DNA of 64,000 nucleotides from Basidiobolus meristosporus CBS 931.73 (taxonomy: Eukaryota > Fungi > Basidiobolomycota), in the NCBI GenBank assembly GCA_002104905.1, contig MCFE01000088.1, forward strand, positions 112,782-176,781, read 5' to 3'. The position numbers and the translations under genes were made by a program. The notes under the pieces were generated by a model, which was not told the DNA's origin, searched no databases, and saw only the letters and a list, made by a program, of their open reading frames with translations. Within the stretch, counting starts at the first letter, position 1; every line of letters starts with the position of its first letter. Positions 1 to 12,688 of this stretch are shown piece after piece.

Positions 1-2069
1 TCTCTCATGGAGTTCTGCCTGATCGTCTCCAACCAGTTCTCTCCTCAAACCCAGATGAACTCGCTCGCTTCTTTGATGAAGGCCTTGTTGGTGTTGCCCA
101 ATGAGAAATCCACCGACGAGGAAAACGTTGATGACACTCTCTTCGACATCGAGCAGCATTCCAACAAACATCTTCGTCAATTCAAGTTCGCCTCCCTCTC
201 GTTCGCCGGTAAACTCCTTAGCAACAAGGCGTTCTTGTCCAAGATTCTCACTCTGCAGGACGACAACCAGTTGGAGCAGTACTTCCTCTCGATCTCCGAG
301 TTGCTTCTCTCCATTGTCACCAACGTCACCACCTTCGTGGGCCAGAAGACTGGAGACTCCGTCGAGAAGTTCTGGAAGGGTCTCCTCAAGGTCACTTACG
401 ATGTTTTGGATAAGGTGAACAACCTTCTTCCATTGCCATCATTCTTGAACATCGTATCCCAATTATTGAACCACGAGCACAGCACCATTCGTCGCAAGTC
501 TATGTTGTTGCTCAGTGAGAAGGTTGCCAACTATTCGGAATGCACCGATGCCGAGGAGGCCGCCTTTGTTGAGATGGTGCCCCGTCTGGCTGCCGTTGTG
601 GAGTCTGCCGGCCAATCTACCGAGCAAGACGCAGTCATCAAGCAGACCGCTCTGTTGACCATTTCTGCTTTGCTTCGTCGCTTTGCTCAGAAGAACCCCA
701 ATCCCTTCGTGGAGATTCTGCCGGTTGTCATCGGTGATAGTGGCTTGAGCCACTCCAATATGCAGGTCTCCGCCTCCAGCCTTGTCTGCCTCACATACTT
801 CTGTCAAGAGTTGGGTCCTAGAGTGATTCCTCAGTTCCCCAAGTTCATGCCAGTCATTCTCAATATCCTGGAATCTTGCTTCGGCGAGAAGGAACTCTCA
901 GCCAATACACGTCTCCTGGTCCAATTGAGCGCTTTCAGTTCACTGGAAACCATTGTCAAGACCCTTCCTCAATTCCTCAGCCCCTACGTCCAAAGAATGC
1001 TGGCCTGCGCGCTTCAGCCTTCGTTGAGCCATTTCGAGGAAGACGATAAGGAGAGAAAGGTGTTCGGAAAGGCCCAAAGCCTCTTGTCTGAGATGGCCGC
1101 CAAGGTCCCCACCCGTATCCTGCTCCCTCAAGTGTATCAGTATCAGGGATTGGCAGTCAAGAATGGAACAAACTCGCTCATTCCTCTTTACACTGTATTG
1201 GAGACCGCCATTTCCAGCATGAACCGCGCAAACATCTCCACTCACTACAAGAGCATCTTCAAGTTCTTCCTGATCTCGTTCGATTTCCGTCGTCAACACG
1301 GAAGCGAGTTCACTGCTGAGGAGGTCGACCGGGTCGAGAGCAAGGTCATTGAATCCTTCCTTCAATTGGTCATGAAGTTGAACGAAACCCTGTTCAAGCC
1401 TCTATTCTTGAAGACCTTGGACTGGGCCACCACCGAGCTTGCACAAAAGGACGACAACTCCAGACTCATCTTCTTCTACAAGCTTCTGGACACCTTGCTG
1501 GAGAAATTGAAGTCCATCATCAGCCCCTACTACGTGTACGTTCTGGATCATACTATCGCCAAGTTGGAGGCATACAAATCCGAGCAGAAGAGCACCGACT
1601 CTCTTTGGGTGTTCATGATCGACTCTCTCCACAAGTGCTTCTTGTATGACAACGACAACTTCTGGTCGGGCGATGTATTCAACAAGGTCCTTCAACCCTT
1701 GGTTGACCAAATGGATAACGTCAATGGAGGCGCTGCTCTCTATCATCAACACATTGATCAGCACTTGGTCCTTGTCTTGGCCAATTAGCTGTCACGGCCA
1801 GCAACGAGGCACTCTGGAAGCCACTGAACCACGAGGTGTTGCTCAAGTCCCGTAACGATCAAATGGAGATCCGACTCGCATCCCTCCTCACCCTTCAAGA
1901 CTTCTACTCCCGTCTGGGTGAGGAGTTCCTTGTGCTGTTGCCCGAAACCATTCCCTTCCTTGCGGAACTTATGGAGGATGACGAGCAGAAGGTGGAGAAA
2001 CTCACCCAGGAAGTGATCGCCCAGATCGAGCAATATTTGGGAGAATCTCTCCAGAAATACTTCCACTAA
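1..2069 (+). CDS. UTP10: U3 snoRNP HEAT-repeat protein Utp10/HEATR1, 3' part (5' end outside window); -1 frameshift near 1770 is probably a sequence error
   Basis: HEAT-like ORF 7-1788 with BP28CT-type motifs (ESFLQLVMKLNETLFKPLFLKTLDW, SIISPYY). Adding one C at gtc-c(c)t-tgt restores VPCLGQLAVTASNEALWKPLNHEVLLKSR and joins ORF 1836-2069 (RLGEEFLVLLPETIPFLAELMEDD...YLGESLQKYF), the conserved Utp10 C-terminus. Confidence 0.88.
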
Positions 2070-3030
2070 ATCCACCGGGAGTTGCATTTTCCCTTTCCAT
2101 GTAATATCGCAGAGATGCTCTCACGCACCCCTTCCCCGTACCTACTCTGGACGACAATCCCTATCCACCCGTCCACCACTAGATCATGTTTCTGTTAATA
2201 AAATCCATATAGAATAACCCATACTGTCCCAAGGCTCGGAGGAATTTCCAAATGCAAGGGCAAACATGAGGAGGATTTCTTCCACAGAGCCCGCGCAACA
2301 TAATCAATGCGGCAATGCCTTGATTCGGTATCATTGGAATTCAATCTTGTAACCATCCACCAAGCGATGCACCTTTACATACCATTCCACTGGTAACCCA
2401 CTGCAGCCAATCACCTGCGGGATGTATATTTATATCCACCAGGTACAGTGTATTCGCAGGATTGCTGTGACGACGTCAGAGATTGACACGAACTGAATGG
2501 ACAAACTGTAAACAAACGGATTGTGTATTTAGGGATCCGAACTGATCGATATCATCTCATCTCACCCCACCCTCCCGTTCTCACCCTAGTTAGAAAGAGT
2601 GACCAGTCGGAGGAGGTGGGCCTGAAATCAGCGCACCACACGCTCCCCTCCTGATCCAAATCTACCCCTCTTCTCTGGAATTCACCCAATTCCTCAATCA
2701 GATATTCCCTAGGAAAAATTCCATTCGATCATTTCCAATTTCCCACCGCCAAATACGTCCCGTCAAAAGGTTAGGGCCCTTGTTGCTTAGGTCTACCCAC
2801 TTGCCCTCGATTCTTTAGCGAACGTAGCGACGAGCCTTCGAAGTATTGCTCGCACAGTCTCCCCCTTCCGCATTCTACCTCGTAGACACACCCCTAGTTT
2901 TTACCCCCCCCCGTTAGAAAACTTCCTCCCGTACCCTCTCGGAAGTTGTTGCTGGTCTATCAAGGCCTATTTCCACTCACAGCAGTCTCCTTTCCGACCA
3001 TTCCTTGCTAGCCTAGGCAGCATCCGGAGC

Positions 3031-5035
3031 ATGCTGAAAGAATACAACAACCGACCTAAACGCGGGAAAGAGTTGTGGACTAGTATGAGAAACTCGATCC
3101 AGACCAGAGTGCGGAAAACCTCGACCACCAACGATAGCGAGACCGCGCCTTCAGATAGCGATAGCTCGAGTATCCGGTCCGCCTCTTCGAGCCACAGTAT
3201 GGAACGTCGACGGTCGGACTTTTTCATGAACAAACTCAAAGTCTGGATAGGCTCCTCCCCCAACAGTCCGACCACCACGCCCACCACCAGTGTCGAAAAC
3301 ACGCCCACCACCCCCACCAAAAAAGAAACCCTTCGGTCGGACTCGAGTGGTCCCAATTCGTTGGCGTTGTCGAACCTCTCTCTGGAAGAAGCTCCGGCTC
3401 TCCCAGCCAGGAGCAAATCTAAAACCTCCCTTACCATTGATATCAGTGAGGCCACTCTGGCCCCACCCTCACCACAGTCAGAGTCGGAACTCTGCAGTCC
3501 GATCTCCGACGACGAACCGCATGTCTTGTGGAACAGCATCAAGCAAGCAATTGACCGTGGAGATCGCACCGCGCTCTCCAACATCTTCATCACCCGGAAC
3601 TCCTCCACGGTGTTGCAGGTGCTGCTCACGTACTCGTATTCCAACCACGACAAAATCTACCGTCACGAGCAGGAGATCATCCAGGATGCCGATGAGTTGC
3701 TGGGCAAGTCGGTAGAAAACCTGAACGGCCTGCAGATAGCCTGCATGCTGGGCGACGAGGAGCTGGCGTTGGACATCTTGCAATACGTCGCTTACGAGTC
3801 CGAGAAGATGGACGCCAAAAAGGTCCTCTACGAATTCATGTCAAGAGTGTGGGGCGGTGGCAACACCGCGCTGCACCTGGCCAGTTTTCTGGGGATGGCC
3901 GACCTGGTGAAGAAACTCCTCGACCTCGGCGCCAACACCAACAAACGTAACGATAGAAAGTACAAGCCAGTAGATTGTGCGGATGACGATGAAACCAGAG
4001 CGTTGTTCATGAATCTATTCGAAGGTAATGCTTATATGGAAGGTCATTTCGCAGTCGCGTCTAACATGTTTCTTGCTGGCCACCAGTTGTTCGTTATCCC
4101 CTCAAAAGAACCTGCTCTGTGGACGAAGCCTATGCCCGCAGGCGACGGGAGCAATCCACGGCAAAAGCCTCTTCCGTCGGCTCGGTTAGCGGGAAAAAGA
4201 TCGGGCTATCAAAAGAAGCCGAGAGCGACCTGGAGGTGGGCACGTTGTCAACGTACCAACCTATCACTGCCTCGTCGCCAAATTTCAAGTACAGCTTGAT
4301 CAATGGCCCACCCGGAGGCTCCACCAAGCTTGACTCGTCGGAGAGAAACTCTTCGAGCGAACTGAGAAAGGATGTTGCCCCTAGCCGATCCAGCCAGAAA
4401 AAGAAACATGTGTCATTCGATCCTTACACGCTGTTGTCCAGCAGTGCCCGCCTGGGAGACCTCGACGAAGTCAAACGTCTATTAGAAAATCGCAATATCG
4501 AGGGGCTATCACCGAATTACCAAACGCCACATAGCCTTCTCTCTCCGTTACATCTTGCCGCTAGCTATTGCCACCTGAGGCTGTGTAAATATCTGGTGTC
4601 AGTTGGTGCTGACGTTAACATTCAAGACGCCGAGGGCTGGACTCCACTGCATTGTGCGGCGGCTGAGGGCCACATGGAGATCCTTCGATATCTTCTTAGT
4701 ATGGACGAGGTGGATGTGAACCTTTTGAATGAGGAAGATGAGTCGGCCTTGGATGTGGCAGAAGAGGAATCGATTCGTTCATTTTTAGAAGGTAAGTCCC
4801 GCTGTAAGGCATTCCCCCCATGACGCAGCTATTGATTATTCTTTTCCAATTGACAGAGCAATTTAAGCGCAGGGAGCTCTCCAGCAATGCTCGGACGTCT
4901 CAGGATTCTGACCCATCCACACAAGATCAGAGATACACCGGCGCAAGAGGGCCTTACTCACGAGCCAAATCGGATCTACAGCGGAATCGACTTGGGTATG
5001 GGCTCAAGAAAAACGAGGTGACCACGCATGGGTGA
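3031..5035 (+). CDS. Ankyrin-repeat protein with two ankyrin clusters and an RVxF-like PP1-docking motif; spliced (introns about 4025-4086 and 4792-4856)
   Basis: GT-AG introns join ORFs 3031, 4119 and 4820 in frame. Ankyrin motifs GNTALHLAS..G...LVKKLL..GA.TN, SPLHLAASYCH and GWTPLHCAAAEGH are present, and KKHVSF precedes the second cluster. The 3' end is uncertain (possible further donor at about 5031). Confidence 0.7.
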
Positions 5036-5442
5036 GGTGCCCACGTAGATATCCCATATGTCCGGGTTCGAGAGATTTCATACATCGTATATTCCTCACC
5101 GATTTCCGACGACCCAAGCGAGCCTACGCGCGTGGAGATCTGATGGCTTCCTTTTCAATGTACAAATTGCCGAACACGGCCTTTTTAATCATGGTTCTCG
5201 TCAACTACTTTAATCACTTCCATTGCATACAAAGCCCTGCCCAATATATATATATGTTTGCTTTTTGGCCATACCGGATTTCCAATTTGGTAGAGAATCT
5301 CCCAACCATCAGGCGTGTGGCGTGTGGGATGTAGACCTATATTAATCAACTAGAATGTTCACTGAATAAACTGAGGTGTAAATTGATCAAAACCATTTTA
5401 TTCAGGCCAAAATTGCCGCTTGCGGGGTGCATTGCAAACAGC

Positions 5443-7131
5443 TTAGCAATTGCGGGGATTACGGGCACACCACAAGGGTTGCAAGGGCTCAGCACCAATG
5501 CCACGATCAACCAAACGAGCTCTTTGCTCGTGGATACGTGGGAACACGTCACCAGTCTTGCGAATAGTGCCGTCAGCAAGCTTGATGTCGGACCAGAGGA
5601 CTTCGGCGGCCGCAGCGCCACGAGGCCACAAGACACGATCAAGGTTGATGCCATCGATTTGCTCCGCCCAGAGGCCTACCTCACCGCCAAGGACAAGCTT
5701 TGACTGTTCCTTGGTCATGTTGGCAGTGAGGTCATAGTTGTAAACAACCTGCCAGCCCTTGTAAGGATCACACCATGAGTTGCCTTGGCTGTCACTGATC
5801 CAGGCACCACGGCCACAGTCAAGATACCATCTCTCGTAGCTGGTGGAGATCACTCGATGGCCAGCACCCACTACCTTCAAGGCATCGGCAGCACCGAGCC
5901 ATACTTGGACGGCAACATCCTTCTGCATGGGGATGTGGTGGCTGGTCAAGGCCTCTTGCCAGGTGATTGGAGTCTTCTTGTTCTCACGGACCCAGTTGTG
6001 AGACTTGAGGACGAATTTCTCAAAGACGCTGTCAAGGGTGACGTTGTTCTTCTGGAGGTACTCGGGGTAGCCAGGAGAGGTCTCCCAGCACTTGAAGTTC
6101 ACCTCATCACCACCGATGTGGACGAACTCGTCGTCGAACCAGGTGGTCACTTCCTTGAGGAAGTTGCGAACAATGACATCGGTCTTGGGGTTGATGATGT
6201 TCAATTGACCACTGTTGGGTTCAGCAGCGTATTCAGACCAGTTGGGCTGGATATTCATGCAAGTGACAATGTCAGGGAAGGCAAGACCCCAGGAGTAAGC
6301 ATGGCCTGGAATATCGAACTCGGGGTAGACTCTGATGCCGCGGTCCTTGGCATAGCTGACAATGTCACGGACATCCTTCTCGGTGTACACCCAGCGCTTG
6401 CTGTAGGCTCCCTTCTCGGCCAACTCAGGGTAGGTCTTGGTCTTGAGGGGGAAGCTGTGCTGATCGATGATGTGCCAGTGGAGAACGTTGAGCTTGTTGT
6501 ATGACATGCCATCGAGGGTGCGCTTGATGTCGGCAACCTTGAGGAAGTTGCGAGAAGTGTCGATCATCACACCACGATGGGGGAACACTGGCTTGTCAGT
6601 GATCGACACTGGGGCCAATGGGATGCGGAACTGGTTGGTCTCCTCAGTCCAGCTGACAAGCTGCGAGAATGACTCGAGACCACGAAGGGCACCATACACA
6701 CTCTTGGCCGTGATGGTGGCCTGACCACCCTTGGCTGGGACATTCAAGGTGTATGACTCATCGGTGTCGAGGTTGAGCTTGGTGTTGCCACCGCTGACTT
6801 GAATGCTGAGACGATTCAACAAGGGGTACTTGCCCTTGGGTGCGAGGGCGTGAGTAGGAACAGAGGTGGTAGGAGTGGGGAAGACAGTCTTGGCAACAGG
6901 GTTGAGGAGAGCACCATACTCACCCTTGGTGAAGATCAACTTCTTGTAGCGGCGGACAGCTCTCTCAAGGATATCTTTGCCAGCACCGGCCTTGATGGAG
7001 ACATCGAGTTCGTGATTGCTCAGACGGACGATGTTCTTGCCAATGTCCATCTTCTCGGGCAAGGGCCAGACCCAAGCCATGGAGGTGGCGGCCAACAGCG
7101 AGATAGAGGTAAGGAGTTTGATAGCAACCAT
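5443..7131 (-). CDS. GH20 beta-N-acetylhexosaminidase copy 1 (intact, 562 aa, secreted)
   Basis: Signal peptide [19 protein letters not shown]; [30 protein letters not shown], catalytic HIGGDE, WYLDCG, LGGE..LWAE, WPRGAA; no introns. Confidence 0.95.
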   Translation of the reverse strand: MVAIKLLTSISLLAATSMAWVWPLPEKMDIGKNIVRLSNHELDVSIKAGAGKDILERAVRRYKKLIFTKGEYGALLNPVAKTVFPTPTTSVPTHALAPKGKYPLLNRLSIQVSGGNTKLNLDTDESYTLNVPAKGGQATITAKSVYGALRGLESFSQLVSWTEETNQFRIPLAPVSITDKPVFPHRGVMIDTSRNFLKVADIKRTLDGMSYNKLNVLHWHIIDQHSFPLKTKTYPELAEKGAYSKRWVYTEKDVRDIVSYAKDRGIRVYPEFDIPGHAYSWGLAFPDIVTCMNIQPNWSEYAAEPNSGQLNIINPKTDVIVRNFLKEVTTWFDDEFVHIGGDEVNFKCWETSPGYPEYLQKNNVTLDSVFEKFVLKSHNWVRENKKTPITWQEALTSHHIPMQKDVAVQVWLGAADALKVVGAGHRVISTSYERWYLDCGRGAWISDSQGNSWCDPYKGWQVVYNYDLTANMTKEQSKLVLGGEVGLWAEQIDGINLDRVLWPRGAAAAEVLWSDIKLADGTIRKTGDVFPRIHEQRARLVDRGIGAEPLQPLWCARNPRNC

Positions 7132-7537
7132 TGATTAAGATTAACAGGTGAATACGGACTCTATTGCTGAATCGCCAAGCTGCTTCGGACGGCTTTATAC
7201 TTTTTCTTGAGTGGCATCCTTCATAGAGATGAATACACATGGGCTGCAAGTGTAACACAAAACCCGAGTGAATACATTACGTTCTTAAAATGTTCAAATT
7301 GAGCTGCCATGAGAATATCGAGCTTACCAAAGTAGAAATGTGTGACGATGGACAATTGGCTCAATTGAAGGGTTGACTAGATGGGGTTCCGTGGAAGTGT
7401 TTGTTAAACTTGGTAGACTGAGGTCTCAAAGAAATATCAGCGCCTACTTTATTAAGGATTCCGGGGGAAATCACTTTATTCATGAGTTCGTCACGAAAAT
7501 CTATCATCCTTTGGTGACTAATGTATGGGGGGGGGAA

Positions 7538-9226
7538 TCAGCAATTTCTTGGGTTGCGAGCACACCACAGCGGTTGCATGGGCTCAGCACCAATGCCACG
7601 ATCAACCAAACGAGCTCTTTGCTCGTGGATACGTGGGAACACATCGCCAGTCTTGCGAATAGTGCCATCAGCAAGCTTAATGTCGGACCAGAGGACTTCG
7701 GCGGCCGCAGCGCCACGAGGCCACAAGACACGATCAAGGTTGATCCCATCAATTTGCTCTCCCCACACTCCAACCTCTCCACCAAGTACGAGCTTGGCCT
7801 CATCCTTAGTCATGTTGGCGGTGAGGTCGTAGTTGTACACGATCTGCCAGCTCTTATACGGATCGCACCATGATTTATCCTGGTTGTCACTTATCCAGGC
7901 ACCATGACCACAGTCGAGATACCATCTTTCATGACCAATAGAAATTACGTGATGACCAGTGCGGACTATCTTCACCGCATCAGCAGCACTTAGCCACACT
8001 TGAACATGAACATCCTTCCTCATAGGAATATGATGGCTAGTCAACGCTTCTTGCCAGGTGATAGGAACTTTGTTGTTCTCACGAACCCATTGATGAGCTT
8101 TCAAAACGAATTGCTCAAGAAGGTTGTCGATGGTGACGTTGTTCTTCTGGAGGTACTCGGGGTATCCAGGAGAGGTCTCCCAGCACTTGAAGTTCACCTC
8201 ATCGCCACCGATGTGGACGAACTCGTCGTCGAACCAGGTGGTCACTTCCTTGAGGAAGTTGCGAACAATGACATCGGTCTTGGGATTGATGATGTTCAAT
8301 TGACCACTAGATGGTGCGGCCGAATGTGCAGCCCAGTTAGGTTGGATATTCATGCATGAAACAATGTCAGGGAAGCAAGACCCCAAGAGTAGGCATGGCC
8401 TGGAATATCGAACTCGGGAATAACTCTGATGCCACGGTCCTTGGCATAGCTGACAATGTCGCGGACATCCTTCTCGGTGTACACCCAGCGCTTGCTGTAG
8501 GCTCCCTTCTCGGCCAACTCAGGGTAGGTCTTAGTCTTGAGGGGGAAGCTGTGCTGATCGATGATGTGCCAGTGGAGAACGTTGAGCTTGTTGTATGACA
8601 TGCCAGTCGAGGGTGCGCTTGATGTCGGCAACCTTGAGGAAGTTACGAGATGTGTCAATTAACACTCCACGATGAGCAAACGCTGGCTTGTCAGTGATTG
8701 AAACGGGGGCAAATGGGATGCGGAACTGATCGGTCTCCTCAGTCCAGCTAACAAGCTGCGAGAATGACTCGAGACCACGAAGGGCACCATACACACTCTT
8801 GGCCGTGATGGTGGCCTGACCACCCTTGGCTGGGACATTCAAGGTGTATGACTCATCGGTGTCGAGGTTGAGCTTGGTGTTGCCGCCACTGACTTGGATG
8901 TCAAGGTGAGTCAACAATGGATACTTGTCCTTGGGTGCGAGGGCATGAGTAGGAACAGAGGTGGTAGGAGTGGGGAAGATAGTCTGGACAACAGGGTTAA
9001 GAAGAGCGCCATACTCGCCCTTAGTAAAGACTAACTTCTTGTAACGACTGATAGCTCTCTCAAGGATATCTTTTCCAGCATCAGCTCTGATGGAGAAATC
9101 GAATTCTTGACTGCTCAAGCAGACGATGTTCTTGCCAATATCCATCTTCTCAGGCAAGGGCCAAACCCAAGCCATTGAGGTGACGGCCAAAAGTGAGATG
9201 GAAGTAAGGAGTTTAGTGACTACCAT
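7538..9226 (-). CDS. GH20 hexosaminidase copy 2 (most divergent; compensating -1/+1 indels near 8375 and 8605)
   Basis: ORF pieces 8531-9226, 8350-8658 and 7538-8386 tile one full gene of 1689 bp, the same length as the intact copies; HIGGDE is retained. Confidence 0.85.
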
Positions 9227-10213
9227 ATGTTAAAACTCTATTAAGGAATATGTCATGTTTTATTGCTTTTAATTTATACTCGGCTGTTTGCCGAAGACCA
9301 CTCCATATATATCGGGGTTTCGGATGCATGATTGAGAGTTACCGTGCAGTCACCAGAACTTGATCTTACCATGACTTAACTATTCAATTCACTTGAGATG
9401 TTAATATCAAACGCCCCTCGTCCACTGCTATGTCAAGACAATAATCTGCAAGGCAAACCTAATCTTCGATACGGATTTGTTGTGTATCGAAGTTTACTGC
9501 TGATTGCCAGCGATCAAGTACATGAATAGGATTCTGGCAACCTATAAACGCATCGAAAATGTCGCATTGCATGGAGATCCTTAACCTGAAAATGACCGGA
9601 TATGTACAGGGTATGCACAGAGTGTGGGTACTGTGTATTATGCATCAACACTCCAGAAGTGTGAAATAACGAGAAGGGACTTATCCATTCCAAATTTAGC
9701 GGAAAATGGAATGCTGATCCAGGACCTGATACAAGGAATTTCATCAAGTTATCTTTAGATTACCTTACCACTGAAATCCGGACCCAAGAATCATTCTCAA
9801 AAATAGCGATTCTCCGAGCTGGACTAATGACCAAAGCAATCATGTGGTTTTTCTTGTGGGAGGTATGAAATTTCATTAGGCAGAATATGGAAATCCGCAC
9901 GGGAAACAATCGATAATTAGTCCAACGGACCTATCCTATAGCTGGGTGATTTACGACGACTAGTCAAACAGGTGTACAACCCATGAAAGTATATCCTTGC
10001 TAAACTCAGCTCCCTAAATTAGGTCCCAGCTCAAAAAACCCGGAAATACAAGACGCTTTATGAATACGAATCAATATATCGATTTATTAGGTCAAAATTG
10101 GTAGATCAAATGCCATACTTCTAGATGGCGAAATCAAAATACTGGAACACATTCTTCACGACATCGGTAAAAAAAACGCCCATTAAGTGGGTTGCAATTT
10201 CGAGTGCTCAAAA

Positions 10214-11904
10214 TTAGCAATTGCGAGGGTTGCGAGCACACCACAATGGCTGCAAGGGCTCAGCTCCAATGCCACGATCAACCAAACGCGCTCTTTGCTC
10301 GTGGATACGTGGGAACACATCGCCAGTCTTGCGAATAGTGCCATCAGCAAGCTTGATGTCCGACCAGAGGACTTCGGCGGCAGCAGCGCCACGAGGCCAC
10401 AAGACACGATCAAGATTAATGCCATCGATTGCTTCGGCCCAGAGACCAACCTCACCACCGAGGACAAGCTTTGACTGTTCCTTGGTCATGTTTGCGGTGA
10501 GGTCGTAGTTGTACACAACCTGCCAGCCCTTGTAAGGATCGCACCATGAGTTGCCTTGGCTGTCACTGATCCAGGCACCACGACCACAGTCAAGATACCA
10601 TCTCTCGTAGCTGGTGGAGATCACTCGATTTCCTGCCTCAACTACCTTGATGGCATCAGCGGCACCAAGCCATACTTGGACGGCAACATCCTTTCCGATG
10701 GGGATGTGGTGGCTGGTCAAGGCCTCTTGCCAGGTGATTGGAGTCTTCTTGTTCTCACGGACCCAGTTGTGAGACTTGAGGACGAATTGTCCAAAGAGGT
10801 TGTCAAGGGTGACGTTGTTCTTCTGGAGGTACTCGGGGTAGCCAGGAGAGTCCTCCCAGCACTTGAAGTTCACCTCATCACCACCGATGTGGACGAATTC
10901 ATCGTCGAACCAGGTGGTCACTTCCTTGAGGAAGTTACGAACAATGACATCGGTCTTGGGGTTGATGATGTTCAATTGACCACTGTTGGGCTCAGCAGCA
11001 TAGTCAGACCAGTTGGGCTGCATGTTCATGCAAGTGACAATGTCAGGGAAGGCAAGACCCCAAGAGTAGGCATGGCCTGGAATATCGAACTCGGGATAGA
11101 CTCTGATGCCGCGGTCCTTGGCATAGCTGACAATGTCACGGACATCCTTCTCGGTGTACACCCAGTGCTTGCTGTAGGCTCCCTTCTCGGCCAACTGAGG
11201 ATAGGTCTTGGTCTTGAGGGGGAAGCTGTGCTGATCGATGATGTGCCAGTGGAGAACGTTGAGCTTGTTGTATGACATGCCGTCGAGGGTGCGCTTGATG
11301 TCGGCAACCTTGAGGAAGTTGCGAGAAGTGTCGATCATCACACCACGATGGGGGAACACTGGCTTGTCAGTGATCGACACTGGGGCCAATGGGATGCGGA
11401 ACTGGTTGGTCTCCTCAGTCCAGCTAACAAGCTGCGAGAATGACTCGAGACCACGAAGGGCACCATACACACTCTTGGCCGTGATGGTGGCCTGACCGCC
11501 CTTGGCTGGGACATTCAAGGTGTATGACTCATCGGTGTCGAGGTTGAGCTTGGTGTTGCCACCGCTGACTTGGATGTTGAGGTGAGTCAACAGTGGGTAC
11601 TTGCCCTTGGGTGCGAGGGCGTGAGTAGGAACAGAGGTGGTAGGAGTGGGGAAGACAGGTCTTGGCAACAGGGTTGAGGAGAGCACCATACTCACCCTTG
11701 GTGAAGATCAACTTCTTGTAGCGGCGTACAGCTCTCTCAAGGATATCTTTGCCAGCACAGGCCTTGATGGAGACACCAAATTCGTGATTGCTCAGACGGA
11801 CGATGTTCTTGCCAATATCCATCTTCTCAGGCAATGGCCAGACCCAAGCCATGGAGGTGGCGGCCAACAGTAGAGATAGAGGTAAGGAGTTTAATGGCAA
11901 CCAT
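10214..11904 (-). CDS. GH20 hexosaminidase copy 3 (two +1 indels near 11657 and 11871, probably artefactual)
   Basis: ATG at 11904, stop at 10214, 1691 bp; ORFs 11529-11945 and 10214-11695 tile the gene. Confidence 0.85.
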
Positions 11905-12688
11905 TCTAGTGCTGAATGTTTTCCTCTCAAATTACTGATACTCATCGCCGGAATTATGCTTATAAATAGTGGCTCTGAAGGTTAACTGGGTCTGGAGCTG
12001 TCAAGAGTTACGTTAGACGAAATTAACGGAGGGTTGTTTGATACTGCTTTCGGCAATCGTGCTACAATTATCGACATTAAAATAGAAAATAGCATGGTTT
12101 TGAAAACCCGATACTAGCAGGATGCTTTACAAGGAATTATTATCGTATTGGCCACCTCCTGGATAATGAATTCTCTAACCTGAGCTAAGGTAGCGGGTTT
12201 GACAGAATTACTGAAGAGTCTGGAGTATTTTTACCTGTTTGGTCTAATTTAGGATAAAGTGATGGTAACATTAACGTAGGTCGTACCGGGTACCTCATAA
12301 CTCGATTTTATAGGTATGACTACAACATTATTTGACATAGCACAACCGCACCCTTGACGTCGAGAACTCTCATGTACGCTATATTTTGCTTTGAAATTCA
12401 GTAGTCTTGTAATCCTGATGTTTTGTGCAGTGTAAAGATCCTAAATCTTCAAAACATCGTGAGGCTACTCGTAAAATAATCAAGATCCAAGAATTAGTAC
12501 CTAAACACGCCTTCTTCTATTTCCATCACTATTCTTGGTGATCATCAACAGAAGTTCAATTCATTCGAGTATAGAATATCGAAATGTCGTCCCAAAACAT
12601 CTGAAAAAATTCTGGAAAATAATATTTATTTACTTCATTAAGTGGCTTGAATACTAGCAAGGATTATTCTTATTATACTATGAAATGA

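Noticed and set aside
1760-1800. Programmed frameshift or truncation in UTP10
   Set aside because: A single missing C restores the conserved reading frame of an essential gene, there is no slippery heptamer, and the window has many other single-base indels, so it is most likely a sequencing error.
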